A DNA stretch of 63,762 nt, filler included. It is 5 parts of 5 records of this genome, joined end to end, with 100 filler letters (N's around TTAATTAATTAA, not from the genome) between each part and the next. Parts side by side here need not be neighbours in the genome. Positions count along the whole stretch, not along the records: positions 1 to 25,115 come from SRR20825006_1091; 4 more parts are not named here. One strand, written 5' to 3'. The translations under genes and the position numbers were made by a program. Position 1 is the stretch's first letter, and each line of letters begins with the position of its first letter. Below, one piece after another: positions 1 to 9,886 of this stretch. The notes beneath the pieces are model-generated. The model was given only the letters and a program-made list of their open reading frames with translations. It was not told the origin of the DNA and made no database searches.

Positions 1-645
1 GACGCCATCGACCATGCTGGCGGCCTGCGTGAGAAGCTGAATCTCGTCCCAGTTCTTGATCTCGCGGGCAGACAACATGATCTGCTGACCATCCACGACA
101 TTCAGCCCGGCGGCCTTCAGCGCCTCGAACATCGCGGTTTCCGCATAATCGAGACCGACCGGCATATCGGCCATACCGGCATCGCGGATGAGACCCGCAA
201 TCTCCTCGGCATATTTCTTCATCAGTCCGAAGGGTGGCGGAATCGTGCCACGCATACCGACAACACCTGCGCGGCAATGATCCGGCACCAGCCAGTCGGA
301 AAACTTGCGGTGATGAACGGCCGCCGAGCCGAAATCCCAGACGTAGGGCGCGTCATCGCCTGTCAGAAGGCAGAAGCGGCACATCTTGTCGCGTTCCCAC
401 TCGCCGATCTTGGTGGCGGAGACATAGCGGATATTGTTGACGTCGAAGAGCAGCAGCGAGCCCGCGTCACTGTTCTTCAACGCCTGCCGGGTACGCGAGA
501 GGCGATAGCGCCTCAGCCGGTCGTGATCGACGCGGCGCTCGAAATCGACCGACGTCGGCCCCCAGGCGGGCAGACGCCCCTCCCAGTTCCAGTTGGGTTG
601 AAGATCCTGCGGCGTCAGCACATTGGGTGTCAGTGCGCGGTTCAT
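1..645 (-). CDS. M24B (Xaa-Pro peptidase/creatinase/DddP-like) family protein, N-terminal part; runs off window
   Basis: Not in the ORF track. Manual translation from ATG at 645 gives MNRALTPNVL...VDFERRVDHDRLRRYRLSRTRQAL...LLLFDVNNIRYVS...VVDGQQIMLSAREIKNWDEIQLL. This has the creatinase-N LLFDxxNIRY and R-x-IK-xx-EI signatures. GGGAGAG RBS upstream. Confidence 0.85.
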   Translation of the reverse strand, partial: MNRALTPNVLTPQDLQPNWNWEGRLPAWGPTSVDFERRVDHDRLRRYRLSRTRQALKNSDAGSLLLFDVNNIRYVSATKIGEWERDKMCRFCLLTGDDAPYVWDFGSAAVHHRKFSDWLVPDHCRAGVVGMRGTIPPPFGLMKKYAEEIAGLIRDAGMADMPVGLDYAETAMFEALKAAGLNVVDGQQIMLSAREIKNWDEIQLLTQAASMVDGV

Positions 646-721
646 GAAACTCTCCCTCAGGCAGCGCTCCCGCCTGCCTGCACGTTTGAAATGAATGCTC
701 GGTAAACCGGAGGTCGCAGCG

Positions 722-1528
722 CTACTGGATCACCCAGCCACCGTCGATATGGATCATCTGACCCGTCATGTAGTCGCTGTCGTGACTGGCGAGAAAAGCC
801 GCCGTTCCCTTCACATCATCGGGATAGGAGACCTTTTTCAGCGCCAGATCATTCTCGGCCAGATCCTCAAAAGCCTGTCCTTCCTTTTGTTTGAAGCCCA
901 TCTCAACCAGATCCTTGTCGAGCTGCGCCCAGAGCGGCGTCTTGACGACGCCCGGCGCATAGCCGTTGACCGTAATATTGTGTTCGGCAAGCGTCACCGC
1001 GCCGCAATGGGTCAGCGCCAGGCAGCCATATTTCGAGGTGCAGTAAACCGTCACATCATAAAGCGGCTTTCGCGACGCGACCGAGCCGACATTGATCAGC
1101 TTGTAGACATGGTTCTGCTTGCCCTGCCTGATCATCTGCCGGGCAACGGCCTGCATGCCGAGCCACATGCCCTTGGTGTTCACATTCATGATGAAGTCCC
1201 AGTTGTCCTCATCGATATCCATGAAGAATTTCGGCTTGTTGACCCCGGCATTGAACAGCCCGACATTGATCATGCCGAAGGCTTCGACCGTCGCAGCGAC
1301 AGCGGCCTCATTGTCATCACGGCTGGTAACATCCATCTTCACCGCAATCGCCCGGCCGTTTCCGGCAGCGTTGATCTTGTCGGCCAACGCCTTGCCCATT
1401 TCCAGATCGAGGTCGCCGATGCAGACATTGGCGCCCTGTTCGGCGAAATGCTCGGCATTGGTCGCGCCCATGCCCTGGGCGCCGCCTGTGATCAGGATAT
1501 TTTTGCCTTTGAGGCGATTGGTATCCAT
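722..1528 (-). CDS. Short-chain dehydrogenase/reductase (polyol/butanediol dehydrogenase-like)
   Basis: TGGAQGMG Rossmann motif, NAG, catalytic YCTSK, C-terminal YMTGQ..IDGG. Confidence 0.92.
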   Translation of the reverse strand: MDTNRLKGKNILITGGAQGMGATNAEHFAEQGANVCIGDLDLEMGKALADKINAAGNGRAIAVKMDVTSRDDNEAAVAATVEAFGMINVGLFNAGVNKPKFFMDIDEDNWDFIMNVNTKGMWLGMQAVARQMIRQGKQNHVYKLINVGSVASRKPLYDVTVYCTSKYGCLALTHCGAVTLAEHNITVNGYAPGVVKTPLWAQLDKDLVEMGFKQKEGQAFEDLAENDLALKKVSYPDDVKGTAAFLASHDSDYMTGQMIHIDGGWVIQ

Positions 1529-1573
1529 GGTGTCTCCTCCCGTGATGACCGGCCCTTTGTCCTTGCAAAGGGC

Positions 1574-3400
1574 CTATGTGACGTTACTTCGCATAGCCTC
1601 TTCCGCGCGCGACTGAGCACGGGAAAGGGCCTGTTTCGGACTGACAATGCCGCGCAGCATGTCGTGCAGCTCATGGCCGCAGATCTGGATGATGTCGGAA
1701 ATTTCCGGGACCGGCGGACGCGGCCAGAACTGCAACTCATCGCGCCAGGACATCTGGTCAACGCTTTCGAAAATTGGCGACAGACGCCGCACTTCCGGAT
1801 CGGAACCGACGGAATAGCGCGGCGCCGTGCGACTGCCATTCTGGATAAACAGCTTTTGCGCCTCCGGCGAAGTAAACGCGATCAGTGCCTCGACGGCATC
1901 ATCAACGCGCTCTTCCGGCAGGTTGGCGGGAATGCCGAAAACATAACCGCCGACCGGCGCGATCGGCGTACCGCCCTTCCCGTGCGGGTGCGGCAGATAG
2001 CCGGTATTGCCGAATGCCGGTGACTGCTGATCAAGCTCGAAATAGGGAGCAAGCAGCGTATAGCCATAGGCCATGGCAACCTTGCCTTCGGCGTAAGGCC
2101 GAACCCGCTCATACCAGGACATTGAAAGAATGTCCGGCGGCGAGAATTCCATCAGCGCCAGCAGATATTCCGCCGCCTCCAGTGCCTTTGGCGTGTCGAT
2201 CGTCGGGTGCAGATCGTTGCGTTCCAGATGATCGGCGTCGAAACCACCCGCGATTTCGTCAAGATTGATGATCGGTTGCCCGAAATCTGCACAGGTCATC
2301 ATGAATGTGTGGCCAAGCGCTGTGCCGCGTGCGGCATTCCAGGCGATGCCGTAGACACCCATGCGCGGATCATGAAATCTACTGGCGGCGTCCAGCACGG
2401 CGCCCGTCGTTTCCGGCGGTTCCAGCGCGGCCTCGGCGAACAGATCGCGGCGGTAGAAAAACAGTTCCGGCGTGGTCTGGCTCGGCACGCCGTAGGCCAG
2501 GCCGTCCCAATGGGCCGCACGCCAGCCTGCGGTGTGAAAATCGCCGGGATCAAGCCGGTTCAGATCCATGATCGACGGGAGTGGACGCAAGATGCCCTTT
2601 TTGACGAATTCGCCCAGCCACGGCAGATCAACCGCAATCAGATCGTAACGGCTTGTCGCGCGCTCACCGTTTCGCAGTGCCTCTCCCCGCAGGCGGTCGA
2701 TTGAAAAAGCGCGCTGGTGGATATTGCAACCGACCAGATGCTCGAACTGGCGCTTCAGATTGCTCATCACCATGAATGTCGGGTCACCATGGACCAGAAT
2801 GCGCAGGCCACCCGACAGCTTCATCGACACCGGCAGGGCCTGCGGCGGTCCGATCAGCATCTTGCCGGGCTGGTAGGAGCCGCCGAAATAATAGTCGGCA
2901 TTCTCCTGCGTGAAACCATCTGCACCAAACCGCACAGCAGCGAGGCGATGAATGCGACGCGCAAGCTGACACCAGTTATCCAGCATTTCGGGACTGGGAT
3001 GCAGGGAAACGCTCTTGCCGGTTTTAGAACGCGGACGTTGTTCAATGGCACCGCTTTCCAGCATCTCTGTCAGCTTGCGCGTGGCTGTCGCATAAGGCAC
3101 GCCGGAGGCAGCAATGATCGAAGAGGGAATAACCATCCGCCCCTCGAGATGACGGCGCAGCAGATGAAGGCTCATATTCAGGTAAGGATTGGGAGAACCG
3201 GGCGTGGTACTGGAATCCAGCTCAACCAGAACATCCTCCAGAAAACGCACGACCGCATCCAGCTCGGCGGCAACGGGTGTTCCGCCTTCTGCACCACCGG
3301 CCCCGGCGGACATATATCCATTTTGAATATTTTGCAGGATATCCTGGTTCATTTGCCTCAGCAGACCATCGCCTGATCTGCGTCTCGTTGAATTTGTCAT
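1574..3400 (-). CDS. Winged-HTH domain fused to sugar-type solute-binding domain; putative cytoplasmic transcriptional regulator
   Basis: N-terminal wHTH-like segment (SSIIAASGVPYATATRKLTEMLESGAIEQRP) followed by an SBP_bac_1-like domain (YDLIAVDLPWLGEF, YGVP, FYRRDLF, GKVAM). No signal peptide. Start set at ATG 3400, which has a GGGAGGA RBS. Confidence 0.8.
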   Translation of the reverse strand: MTNSTRRRSGDGLLRQMNQDILQNIQNGYMSAGAGGAEGGTPVAAELDAVVRFLEDVLVELDSSTTPGSPNPYLNMSLHLLRRHLEGRMVIPSSIIAASGVPYATATRKLTEMLESGAIEQRPRSKTGKSVSLHPSPEMLDNWCQLARRIHRLAAVRFGADGFTQENADYYFGGSYQPGKMLIGPPQALPVSMKLSGGLRILVHGDPTFMVMSNLKRQFEHLVGCNIHQRAFSIDRLRGEALRNGERATSRYDLIAVDLPWLGEFVKKGILRPLPSIMDLNRLDPGDFHTAGWRAAHWDGLAYGVPSQTTPELFFYRRDLFAEAALEPPETTGAVLDAASRFHDPRMGVYGIAWNAARGTALGHTFMMTCADFGQPIINLDEIAGGFDADHLERNDLHPTIDTPKALEAAEYLLALMEFSPPDILSMSWYERVRPYAEGKVAMAYGYTLLAPYFELDQQSPAFGNTGYLPHPHGKGGTPIAPVGGYVFGIPANLPEERVDDAVEALIAFTSPEAQKLFIQNGSRTAPRYSVGSDPEVRRLSPIFESVDQMSWRDELQFWPRPPVPEISDIIQICGHELHDMLRGIVSPKQALSRAQSRAEEAMRSNVT

Positions 3401-3450
3401 TGCAGTCCTCCCGAACTTGTCCAAAACGGCGACCGTGAAGTATCGCTAAA

Positions 3451-3488
3451 ATATCCATATTGGATAACAAATCATCCAATATGGATAT
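3451..3488. promoter_or_regulatory. Perfect 15-bp inverted repeat made of two palindromic ATCCA-N3-TGGAT sites; putative operator
   Basis: ATATCCATATTGGAT-aacaaatc-ATCCAATATGGATAT in the divergent intergenic region between the regulator and the ABC operon. Confidence 0.7.
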
Positions 3489-3610
3489 CTTTGAAGGCTC
3501 CATTCGAGCGGAATTGATGGTGTATGAAGGTCGATTGCCCGGGAGAGGCTCCCTCAACGAGTGGTGAGCTGTGGCAATGCATGATTTCAATCGTTTGGGA
3601 GGAACGAGCC

Positions 3611-4573
3611 ATGAAGATTACCAACAGGCTGGCTTTGACAGCCGCGACAGCGCTTGCAGGCTTTGCCATTGCGGGCACAGCTGCCGCAGAAACCTACAAA
3701 ATCGGTATTACCCAGAACAATGTCGGCGTAGACAGCTATCAGACGACCTATGAGCAGGCCTTCATCAATGCCGCCGAAGCCAACCCGGACGTTGAAACGG
3801 TGGTTCTTGATGCCGGCGGCGATGTGGCCCGTCAGATTGCCCAGGTGGAAGACCTGATCCAACAGGATGTTGACGCCATCATCATCTGGCCGACCAATGG
3901 CGAAGCCGTCATTCCGGCCGTCCGAAAAGCCCACAAGGCCGGCATTCCGGTGATTGTTACCAATTCAAACATTGCCGAGCCAGGTTTTGACTTCGTGGCG
4001 TCCTTCTCTGGCCCGGACAATATCACGCAAGGCTCGCGCGCAGCCGAAATCATGTGCGACAAATTCAAGGACATGGGCATCGCCGACGAAGCCAGGATCG
4101 TGCAGATTTCCGGCCAGCCGGGGTACACCACAGCAATCGAGCGGGCCAAGGGCTTTGAGGACCGCCTGCCGGAAGTCTGCCCGAATGTCGATCTGGTCGA
4201 GACCCAGCCCGGCGACTGGAATCGGGAAAAGTCGCAGAAGGTTATGGAAGCCTTTCTTGTCAAGTATGACGATATCGATGGCGTTTACGCCGGTGATGAC
4301 AATATGGGCGTCGGCGCACTGAACGCAGCCAAGGCCGCCGGTCGTGACGGTATTATTTTTGTCGGCGCAACCAACTTCTCCGTCGGCTATGAAGCCATGG
4401 AAAACGGCGACTACTGGGGATCGATCTACCAGTCTCCGGTCGATGATGCCGAAGCGGCGCTTCAAACCGCCGTCAATGTTCTGGATGGCAAGGATGTGCC
4501 GTTCCTGAACTATTTCGACACGCCGAAAATCACGCAGGACAATATGGACCAGTTCTCCAAGCCAGTCTTCTGA
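3611..4573 (+). CDS. Sugar ABC transporter periplasmic binding protein (RbsB-like)
   Basis: Signal peptide MKITNRLALTAATALAGFAIAGTAAA and Peripla_BP motifs (QIAQVEDLIQQDVDAIII, GDWNREKS, DDNMGVGA). Start at ATG 3611 after GGAGG. Confidence 0.92.
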   Translation: MKITNRLALTAATALAGFAIAGTAAAETYKIGITQNNVGVDSYQTTYEQAFINAAEANPDVETVVLDAGGDVARQIAQVEDLIQQDVDAIIIWPTNGEAVIPAVRKAHKAGIPVIVTNSNIAEPGFDFVASFSGPDNITQGSRAAEIMCDKFKDMGIADEARIVQISGQPGYTTAIERAKGFEDRLPEVCPNVDLVETQPGDWNREKSQKVMEAFLVKYDDIDGVYAGDDNMGVGALNAAKAAGRDGIIFVGATNFSVGYEAMENGDYWGSIYQSPVDDAEAALQTAVNVLDGKDVPFLNYFDTPKITQDNMDQFSKPVF

Positions 4574-4588
4574 TCCATTCAACCAGAC

Positions 4589-4616
4589 GCGGGGCCGGAC
4601 AGAATTCCAGCCCCGC
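4589..4616 (+). other. GC-rich intercistronic stem-loop after the binding-protein gene (mRNA stabiliser or partial terminator)
   Basis: GCGGGGC..GGA-loop-TCCA.GCCCCGC, with no U-tract. Confidence 0.45.
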
Positions 4617-4656
4617 CAGTTCCGTCAATATTACTTTAAATTACGGGAGAGGCTCA

Positions 4657-5454
4657 GTGGGTCGTGTCTCTGGACGTTCCTGCATTGTGACAGGAGCGGC
4701 ACGCGGTATCGGCCGTGCGATTGGCGAAGCACTGCTGGACGAAGGTGCGGATGTCTGTTTTGCCGATATCAACGCCGAACAGATCAGGGCGGTCGAAGAT
4801 GACAATCATGACCGCGCAACCCGAAACGGCGGACGGATCACCCATGCCGTCGTCGATGTCACCCGCCGGGAGCAGGTGCGCGCCATGATTGCCCACACCG
4901 TTTCCGTGTTCGGCAAACTCGATGTCAAGTTCAACAATGCCGGGGTCAACCGGCCGATGAATTTTCTCGATGTGACCGAGGAAAACTGGCACTTCATCAT
5001 GAATGTAAACGGGCTTGGATGCCTGATCGGTATGCAGGAGGCGGCAAAACAGATGATCAGCCAGAAAACCGGCGGTAAGATCATCAATACGACTTCGATT
5101 GCGGGTCGGCAGGGGTTTGACAATGTCGCGCCCTACTGCGCCTCAAAAGCAGGCGTGATATCGCTGATCCAGTCCGGTGCGCGCGATCTTGCCAAACACG
5201 ATATCACCGTGACCGGCTTTGCGCCGGGCGTTGTGGCCACCGAAATGTGGGAGCAGGTTGACCGCGACCTGATGGAGATCGGCGCCGCGGAACGCCCCGG
5301 ACAGGCCATGGCGGCGTTTTCCGCCGAAATACTACGCGGACAGGTGGCAAAACCGGCTGACATTACCGGAACCACAACGTTTCTGGCCTCGCGTGAAAGC
5401 GACTACATGACCGGGCAGATAATCATGATTGATGGCGGCATGACACTCGTGTGA
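4657..5454 (+). CDS. Short-chain dehydrogenase/reductase (polyol dehydrogenase-like)
   Basis: TGAARGIG, NNAG, YCASK. GTG start after GGAGAGG. Confidence 0.92.
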   Translation: MGRVSGRSCIVTGAARGIGRAIGEALLDEGADVCFADINAEQIRAVEDDNHDRATRNGGRITHAVVDVTRREQVRAMIAHTVSVFGKLDVKFNNAGVNRPMNFLDVTEENWHFIMNVNGLGCLIGMQEAAKQMISQKTGGKIINTTSIAGRQGFDNVAPYCASKAGVISLIQSGARDLAKHDITVTGFAPGVVATEMWEQVDRDLMEIGAAERPGQAMAAFSAEILRGQVAKPADITGTTTFLASRESDYMTGQIIMIDGGMTLV

Positions 5455-5522
5455 GGCCGTTGTCTCCAAAACAGGGCGAGCAGGCCCGAAACTGCCTGAA
5501 ACCAGAGCTTTGGGAGGAGCTG

Positions 5523-6497
5523 TTGGCCAATTTTTCAAGAAAGGATGTCGGCGCATTGCTGGCACGGCAGGGTATCCTGATTGCCTTTGTGGTGTTCATG
5601 ATCGGCTTTGCCCTGATCAACCCGCGCTTTATCGCGCCTGATAATATTCTCGGCGTTATCCGCTCTTCGGCCATTCTTGGCGTCATCGCACTCGGTGTCA
5701 CCTTCGTGGTGATCGGCGGTAATCTTGATCTTTCGGTCGGTTCGATGATGTCGTTCTCAACCATCGTGGTTCTGGATCTGCATGACCGCCTCGGCCCGGC
5801 GCTGGGCATTCCGACGATGTATGCCATGACGCTGGCACTGGGCGCTTTCAACGGGTTCCTGATCGGCTATCTTCGTCTCAACTCCCTGATCGTCACGCTC
5901 GGTATGCTTTCGGCGATATACGGCCTGACACTGACCTATTCCGGCGGCAAGAACATGGATATTGCCGACAAGGAGCACACCTGGTTCTCCGTCTTCGGTC
6001 AGGGGGATATTCTGGGTATCCCGTCGCAAATTGTCATTTTTGCAGGTCTGGCAATCATTCTGGCGCTGCTGCTCGCCAAGACTCCCTTCGGTCGCAAGGT
6101 TTACGCCGTGGGTGGCAATGGGGTTGCTGCCACGTTTTCCGGAATTCCCCGGGCGCGAGTGGTTTTCTGCACATATCTGATTTCATCGTTCTGCGTGGCG
6201 ACGGCGGGTCTCATTCAGGCGAGCCGGTCGCTCGGCAGCCAGAATACAGTTGGACAGGGCATGGAACTGGAAGTGCTGGCCGCCGTCATTCTGGGCGGCG
6301 CGTCGCTTCTGGGCGGTTCCGGCACGATCTTCAAGACCGTCATCGGGGTTCTGATCCTCGGTTTTATCCAGAATGGATTATTGCTCGCCGGTCTTCAGTT
6401 CTACGTCCAGTATGTCGTCACCTGGCTCATCATCATTCTGGCGGTCTGGCTCGACATAGCCGCCAAACGCGGCCGCCTCTGGTCGCCGATTGCGTGA
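5523..6497 (+). CDS. Sugar ABC transporter permease (RbsC family)
   Basis: GNLDLSVG, TPFGRKVYAVGGN, ELEVLAAVILGGASL motifs. Likely TTG start at 5523 after GGAGGAG. Confidence 0.92.
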   Translation: MANFSRKDVGALLARQGILIAFVVFMIGFALINPRFIAPDNILGVIRSSAILGVIALGVTFVVIGGNLDLSVGSMMSFSTIVVLDLHDRLGPALGIPTMYAMTLALGAFNGFLIGYLRLNSLIVTLGMLSAIYGLTLTYSGGKNMDIADKEHTWFSVFGQGDILGIPSQIVIFAGLAIILALLLAKTPFGRKVYAVGGNGVAATFSGIPRARVVFCTYLISSFCVATAGLIQASRSLGSQNTVGQGMELEVLAAVILGGASLLGGSGTIFKTVIGVLILGFIQNGLLLAGLQFYVQYVVTWLIIILAVWLDIAAKRGRLWSPIA

Positions 6498-6507
6498 GGG
6501 GGTGATC

Positions 6508-7509
6508 ATGACCAGCCAAAGCTATACCAAATACATCAAACAGGGCGCGATCTGGGGTTTTATCCTCGTCGAACTGATCTTCTTTTCGGTCGCGGGGCAT
6601 TTTCTCTCACTTTCCGACACCGCTTTTATGGGCTTCGACAATATGCTGCTGCTGCTCAAGCAGTCGGCACCGATCGGCATCATCGCCATCGGCATGACAG
6701 TGATCATGATCAACGGCAATATCGACCTGTCCGTCGGCGCGACCTTCGCACTCGCCGGGATCGTTATGCTGGATTCGATGACCTGGTCTGTCTTTTCCGG
6801 GCTCGGCGACTGGGTGATCCCGGTTTCCTGGGCGCTGGCACTTCTGACCGGCGCGATTCTGGGTGGACTGAACGGGCTGATCGTCTGGAAGACCGGCGTC
6901 GATGCCTTCATCGTCACGCTTGGCGCCATGCTCGGTTATCGCGGTCTGGTGTTCATGTATAACGGCGAGAACCCGACCTCGCATCTGAACTGGAGCCTGG
7001 TTGACTTCGCCGAAGCACAGTTTCTCGGGATCCATACGGCCAGCTGGTTTTTCCTCGCCGTCACCGCCATCATCTGGCTGGTGATGACAAAGACGGTACA
7101 TGGTCGCAACGCTTATGCCATCGGCGACAATCGCGAAGCGGCGATCAATGCCGGTATTCGGGTCGGCCCGCATTTCCTGCGCAATTTCATCCTGATCGGC
7201 TTTCTCGCAGCACTGAGCGCGGTGGTGTTTTATTCCGAAAGCGGCTCGGTCAACCCCAATGACGGTGAGCTTTACGAATTATGGGCCATCACCGCCGTTG
7301 TTCTCGGCGGCACCAAGCTTGCAGGCGGCTCGGGATCGATCCTTTCCACTTTCGGTGGCGTCATCGCCATCCAGCTGCTGCGCAAGGGTCTCGGCTATAT
7401 TGGCGCTGATACCGAAACGGTCAATCTGGTCATCGGCCTCATTCTGATCGCCGTTCTGTTTCTCGACCGTCAACTGAACCGCAAAGGCAGAGGGGAGCTC
7501 AGGATATGA
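6508..7509 (+). CDS. Sugar ABC transporter permease (RbsC family)
   Basis: GNIDLSVG, GRNAYAIGDN, YELWAITAVVLGGT. Confidence 0.92.
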   Translation: MTSQSYTKYIKQGAIWGFILVELIFFSVAGHFLSLSDTAFMGFDNMLLLLKQSAPIGIIAIGMTVIMINGNIDLSVGATFALAGIVMLDSMTWSVFSGLGDWVIPVSWALALLTGAILGGLNGLIVWKTGVDAFIVTLGAMLGYRGLVFMYNGENPTSHLNWSLVDFAEAQFLGIHTASWFFLAVTAIIWLVMTKTVHGRNAYAIGDNREAAINAGIRVGPHFLRNFILIGFLAALSAVVFYSESGSVNPNDGELYELWAITAVVLGGTKLAGGSGSILSTFGGVIAIQLLRKGLGYIGADTETVNLVIGLILIAVLFLDRQLNRKGRGELRI

Positions 7510-9017
7510 GTGATATCAAACCAGCACTACGACTGGACAATATCGTCAAGACCTTTCCGGGTGTTCGTGCGCTGGATGGCGTGTCGCTCGAAATCCGGCC
7601 GGGCGAGGTTCACGCCCTTGTCGGCGAAAACGGCGCGGGCAAGTCGACGCTGATGAAGGTGCTCGGCGGCATTCATCAGCCCAATGAAGGGCGGATACTG
7701 ATCGACGAGATCCCCACCGTCATGACCTCGCCGCTGCAGGCAAAGTCGAAGGGCGTGGTCTTCATCCATCAGGAACTGAGCCTGGCACAGGAACTGACCG
7801 TCGCGGAAAACATCTATCTCGGTGCGTTGCCGCTGAAGCAGTTCGGCATCGTCGATTGGACGACGCTGTATGCAAAAACACAGTCCATTCTCGATAAGCT
7901 GAAGGCAGGCTTCACACCGACAACCCGCGTCGGCGTTCTTTCCATTGCCAATCAGCAGATGGTGGAGATTGCCCGCGCACTGACCGTCGAAGCAAAAGCC
8001 GTGATCTTCGACGAACCCACCGCATCCCTGACAGACGCGGAAAAGGTCGTGCTTTTCGATGTGATTGCCGATCTGAAAACGCGCGGTGTCGGGATCATCT
8101 ACATTTCCCACCGTATGGAAGAAATCTTCAGCATCACCGACCGCATCACCGTTCTGCGCGATGGTGAATGCCGGGGCACGCTGATCACCGCAGAGACCGA
8201 CGAAGACGAAATCACTCAGTTGATGATCGGGCGCAAGCTCGATCTGACCCGCAATCACGAGCAAACGGAGTTGGGTGAGGTTGCCCTTTCGGTCGAAAAC
8301 CTCTCCTGCAATGGTCTCTACCGGGACATCAGCTTCGACGTCCGCAAGGGCGAGGTCGTTGGCTTCTACGGTCTTGTCGGTGCGGGCCGCACCGAAATCG
8401 CGGAAACACTTTTCGGGCTCAGGGAGCCAAGTGGCGGCCGGATTTTACTACAGGGCAAGCCGGTCCGGCTGCATTCACCGGAAGACGCGATCAGGAACGG
8501 TATCTCGCTGGTGCCGGAAGATCGCAAGACCCAGGGGCTGGTGCTCGGCATGAACTGCCGGGATAACATGACCCTACCACAGGTGGGTGATCTTACCGCC
8601 GGGCCATTTGTCTCTGATGGCGCGGAAGTCGCCATTTTTGATCAGTACCGTGACAAGCTGGATATCCGCACACCCGGCTGGCGGCAACTGGCAGGCAACC
8701 TTTCCGGCGGCAACCAGCAAAAGATTGTCATCGGTAAATGGCTCTCCATGCATCCCGATATCCTGATTGTCGACGAACCGACGCGCGGGATTGATGTCGG
8801 CTCGAAGTCCGAGATCCATAACCTGATCCGGGCGCTCGCCCGTCAGGGCTATGCGGTCATCGTCATCAGTTCGGAAATGCCCGAGGTACTGCATGTCTCC
8901 GACCGGATCGTTGCCATGTACAGTGGCCGGATCACGAACATCTTCACAGCCGAAGAGGTTTCCGAGGACAAGCTTATCCAGGCGATTTCCGGCCTTGAAA
9001 CCGAAAAGGCAAGCTGA
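7506..9017 (+). CDS. Sugar ABC transporter ATP-binding protein (RbsA family, two NBDs)
   Basis: GENGAGKS Walker A, FDEPT, LSGGNQQK, VDEPTRGIDVG. Confidence 0.95.
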   Translation: MSDIKPALRLDNIVKTFPGVRALDGVSLEIRPGEVHALVGENGAGKSTLMKVLGGIHQPNEGRILIDEIPTVMTSPLQAKSKGVVFIHQELSLAQELTVAENIYLGALPLKQFGIVDWTTLYAKTQSILDKLKAGFTPTTRVGVLSIANQQMVEIARALTVEAKAVIFDEPTASLTDAEKVVLFDVIADLKTRGVGIIYISHRMEEIFSITDRITVLRDGECRGTLITAETDEDEITQLMIGRKLDLTRNHEQTELGEVALSVENLSCNGLYRDISFDVRKGEVVGFYGLVGAGRTEIAETLFGLREPSGGRILLQGKPVRLHSPEDAIRNGISLVPEDRKTQGLVLGMNCRDNMTLPQVGDLTAGPFVSDGAEVAIFDQYRDKLDIRTPGWRQLAGNLSGGNQQKIVIGKWLSMHPDILIVDEPTRGIDVGSKSEIHNLIRALARQGYAVIVISSEMPEVLHVSDRIVAMYSGRITNIFTAEEVSEDKLIQAISGLETEKAS

Positions 9018-9886
9018 TGCGGATCGGATTTGCAGGACTTGGCCGGATGGGTGAAGCCATGGCGCACAATCTCGTTCGCGCTGGCCACGACATGACAGTC
9101 TGGAATCGTTCGGCTGCAAAGGCAGACAGCTTTGCTGCGGAAACCGGAGCGTCACCCGTACAAACACCGCGACAGCTTGCAGACAGAGTCGACATTGTCA
9201 TCACCATGCTTGCCGATGATGATGCCTCTGCAGGTGTTCATCTGGGCGATGATGGTTTGTTCAGCGGCAACCGCGCATGCATTTTCATCGAGATGGGCAC
9301 GATGAGTCCCGGCCACATCGCAAAACTCGCAGATGCCGCACCTCAAGGCGCGACGGTGATCGACGCACCGGTTTCCGGTGCGACACAAGCCGCCCGGCAG
9401 GCCACATTGCTGATCATGGCCGGTTGCGATGAGACGACCGGCCCCCCCCTTGCCCCGATCTTTGACATCCTCGGCAAACAGACAATCTTTCTCGGGGAGC
9501 CGGGCCGTGGCGCCGTGATGAAACTCTCGGTGAATTCACTCATTCACGGGATCAACCAGACGCTCGCCGAAGCGATGACGCTGGCAGAGGCGGCGGGCAT
9601 CAAGCCAGAGGTGGCCTTCGACGTGATCGAGGCCTCCGCCGCTGCCGCCCCGATGCTGAAATACCGCCGCCCGCTCTATCTCGATGAAGCCGCCCATGAG
9701 GTGACGTTTACGGTCGCACTCGCCCGCAAGGACATGACGGCTACGGCCGAGCTTGCGCGCCAGTTGGGAACCGCAATACCGCAGGGGCTGGTGACACTCG
9801 AAAAGCTGAAAGAGGCCGAAAGCGCCGGTTACGGCGCTCGCGACATGGCCTCCATCCTGAATTTCATGCGAAAGGAAAAGACATGA
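9017..9886 (+). CDS. 3-hydroxyisobutyrate/beta-hydroxyacid dehydrogenase family oxidoreductase
   Basis: GFAGLGRMG, DAPVSG, catalytic K in MKLSVN. Confidence 0.9.
   Translation: MRIGFAGLGRMGEAMAHNLVRAGHDMTVWNRSAAKADSFAAETGASPVQTPRQLADRVDIVITMLADDDASAGVHLGDDGLFSGNRACIFIEMGTMSPGHIAKLADAAPQGATVIDAPVSGATQAARQATLLIMAGCDETTGPPLAPIFDILGKQTIFLGEPGRGAVMKLSVNSLIHGINQTLAEAMTLAEAAGIKPEVAFDVIEASAAAAPMLKYRRPLYLDEAAHEVTFTVALARKDMTATAELARQLGTAIPQGLVTLEKLKEAESAGYGARDMASILNFMRKEKT

Noticed and set aside
234-2023. Plus-strand ORFs 277-705 and 695-2023, and similar long antisense ORFs (e.g. 13035-14135, 48905-50227, 53380-54696)
   Set aside because: They are shadows of well-supported opposite-strand genes in GC-rich DNA and have no motifs.
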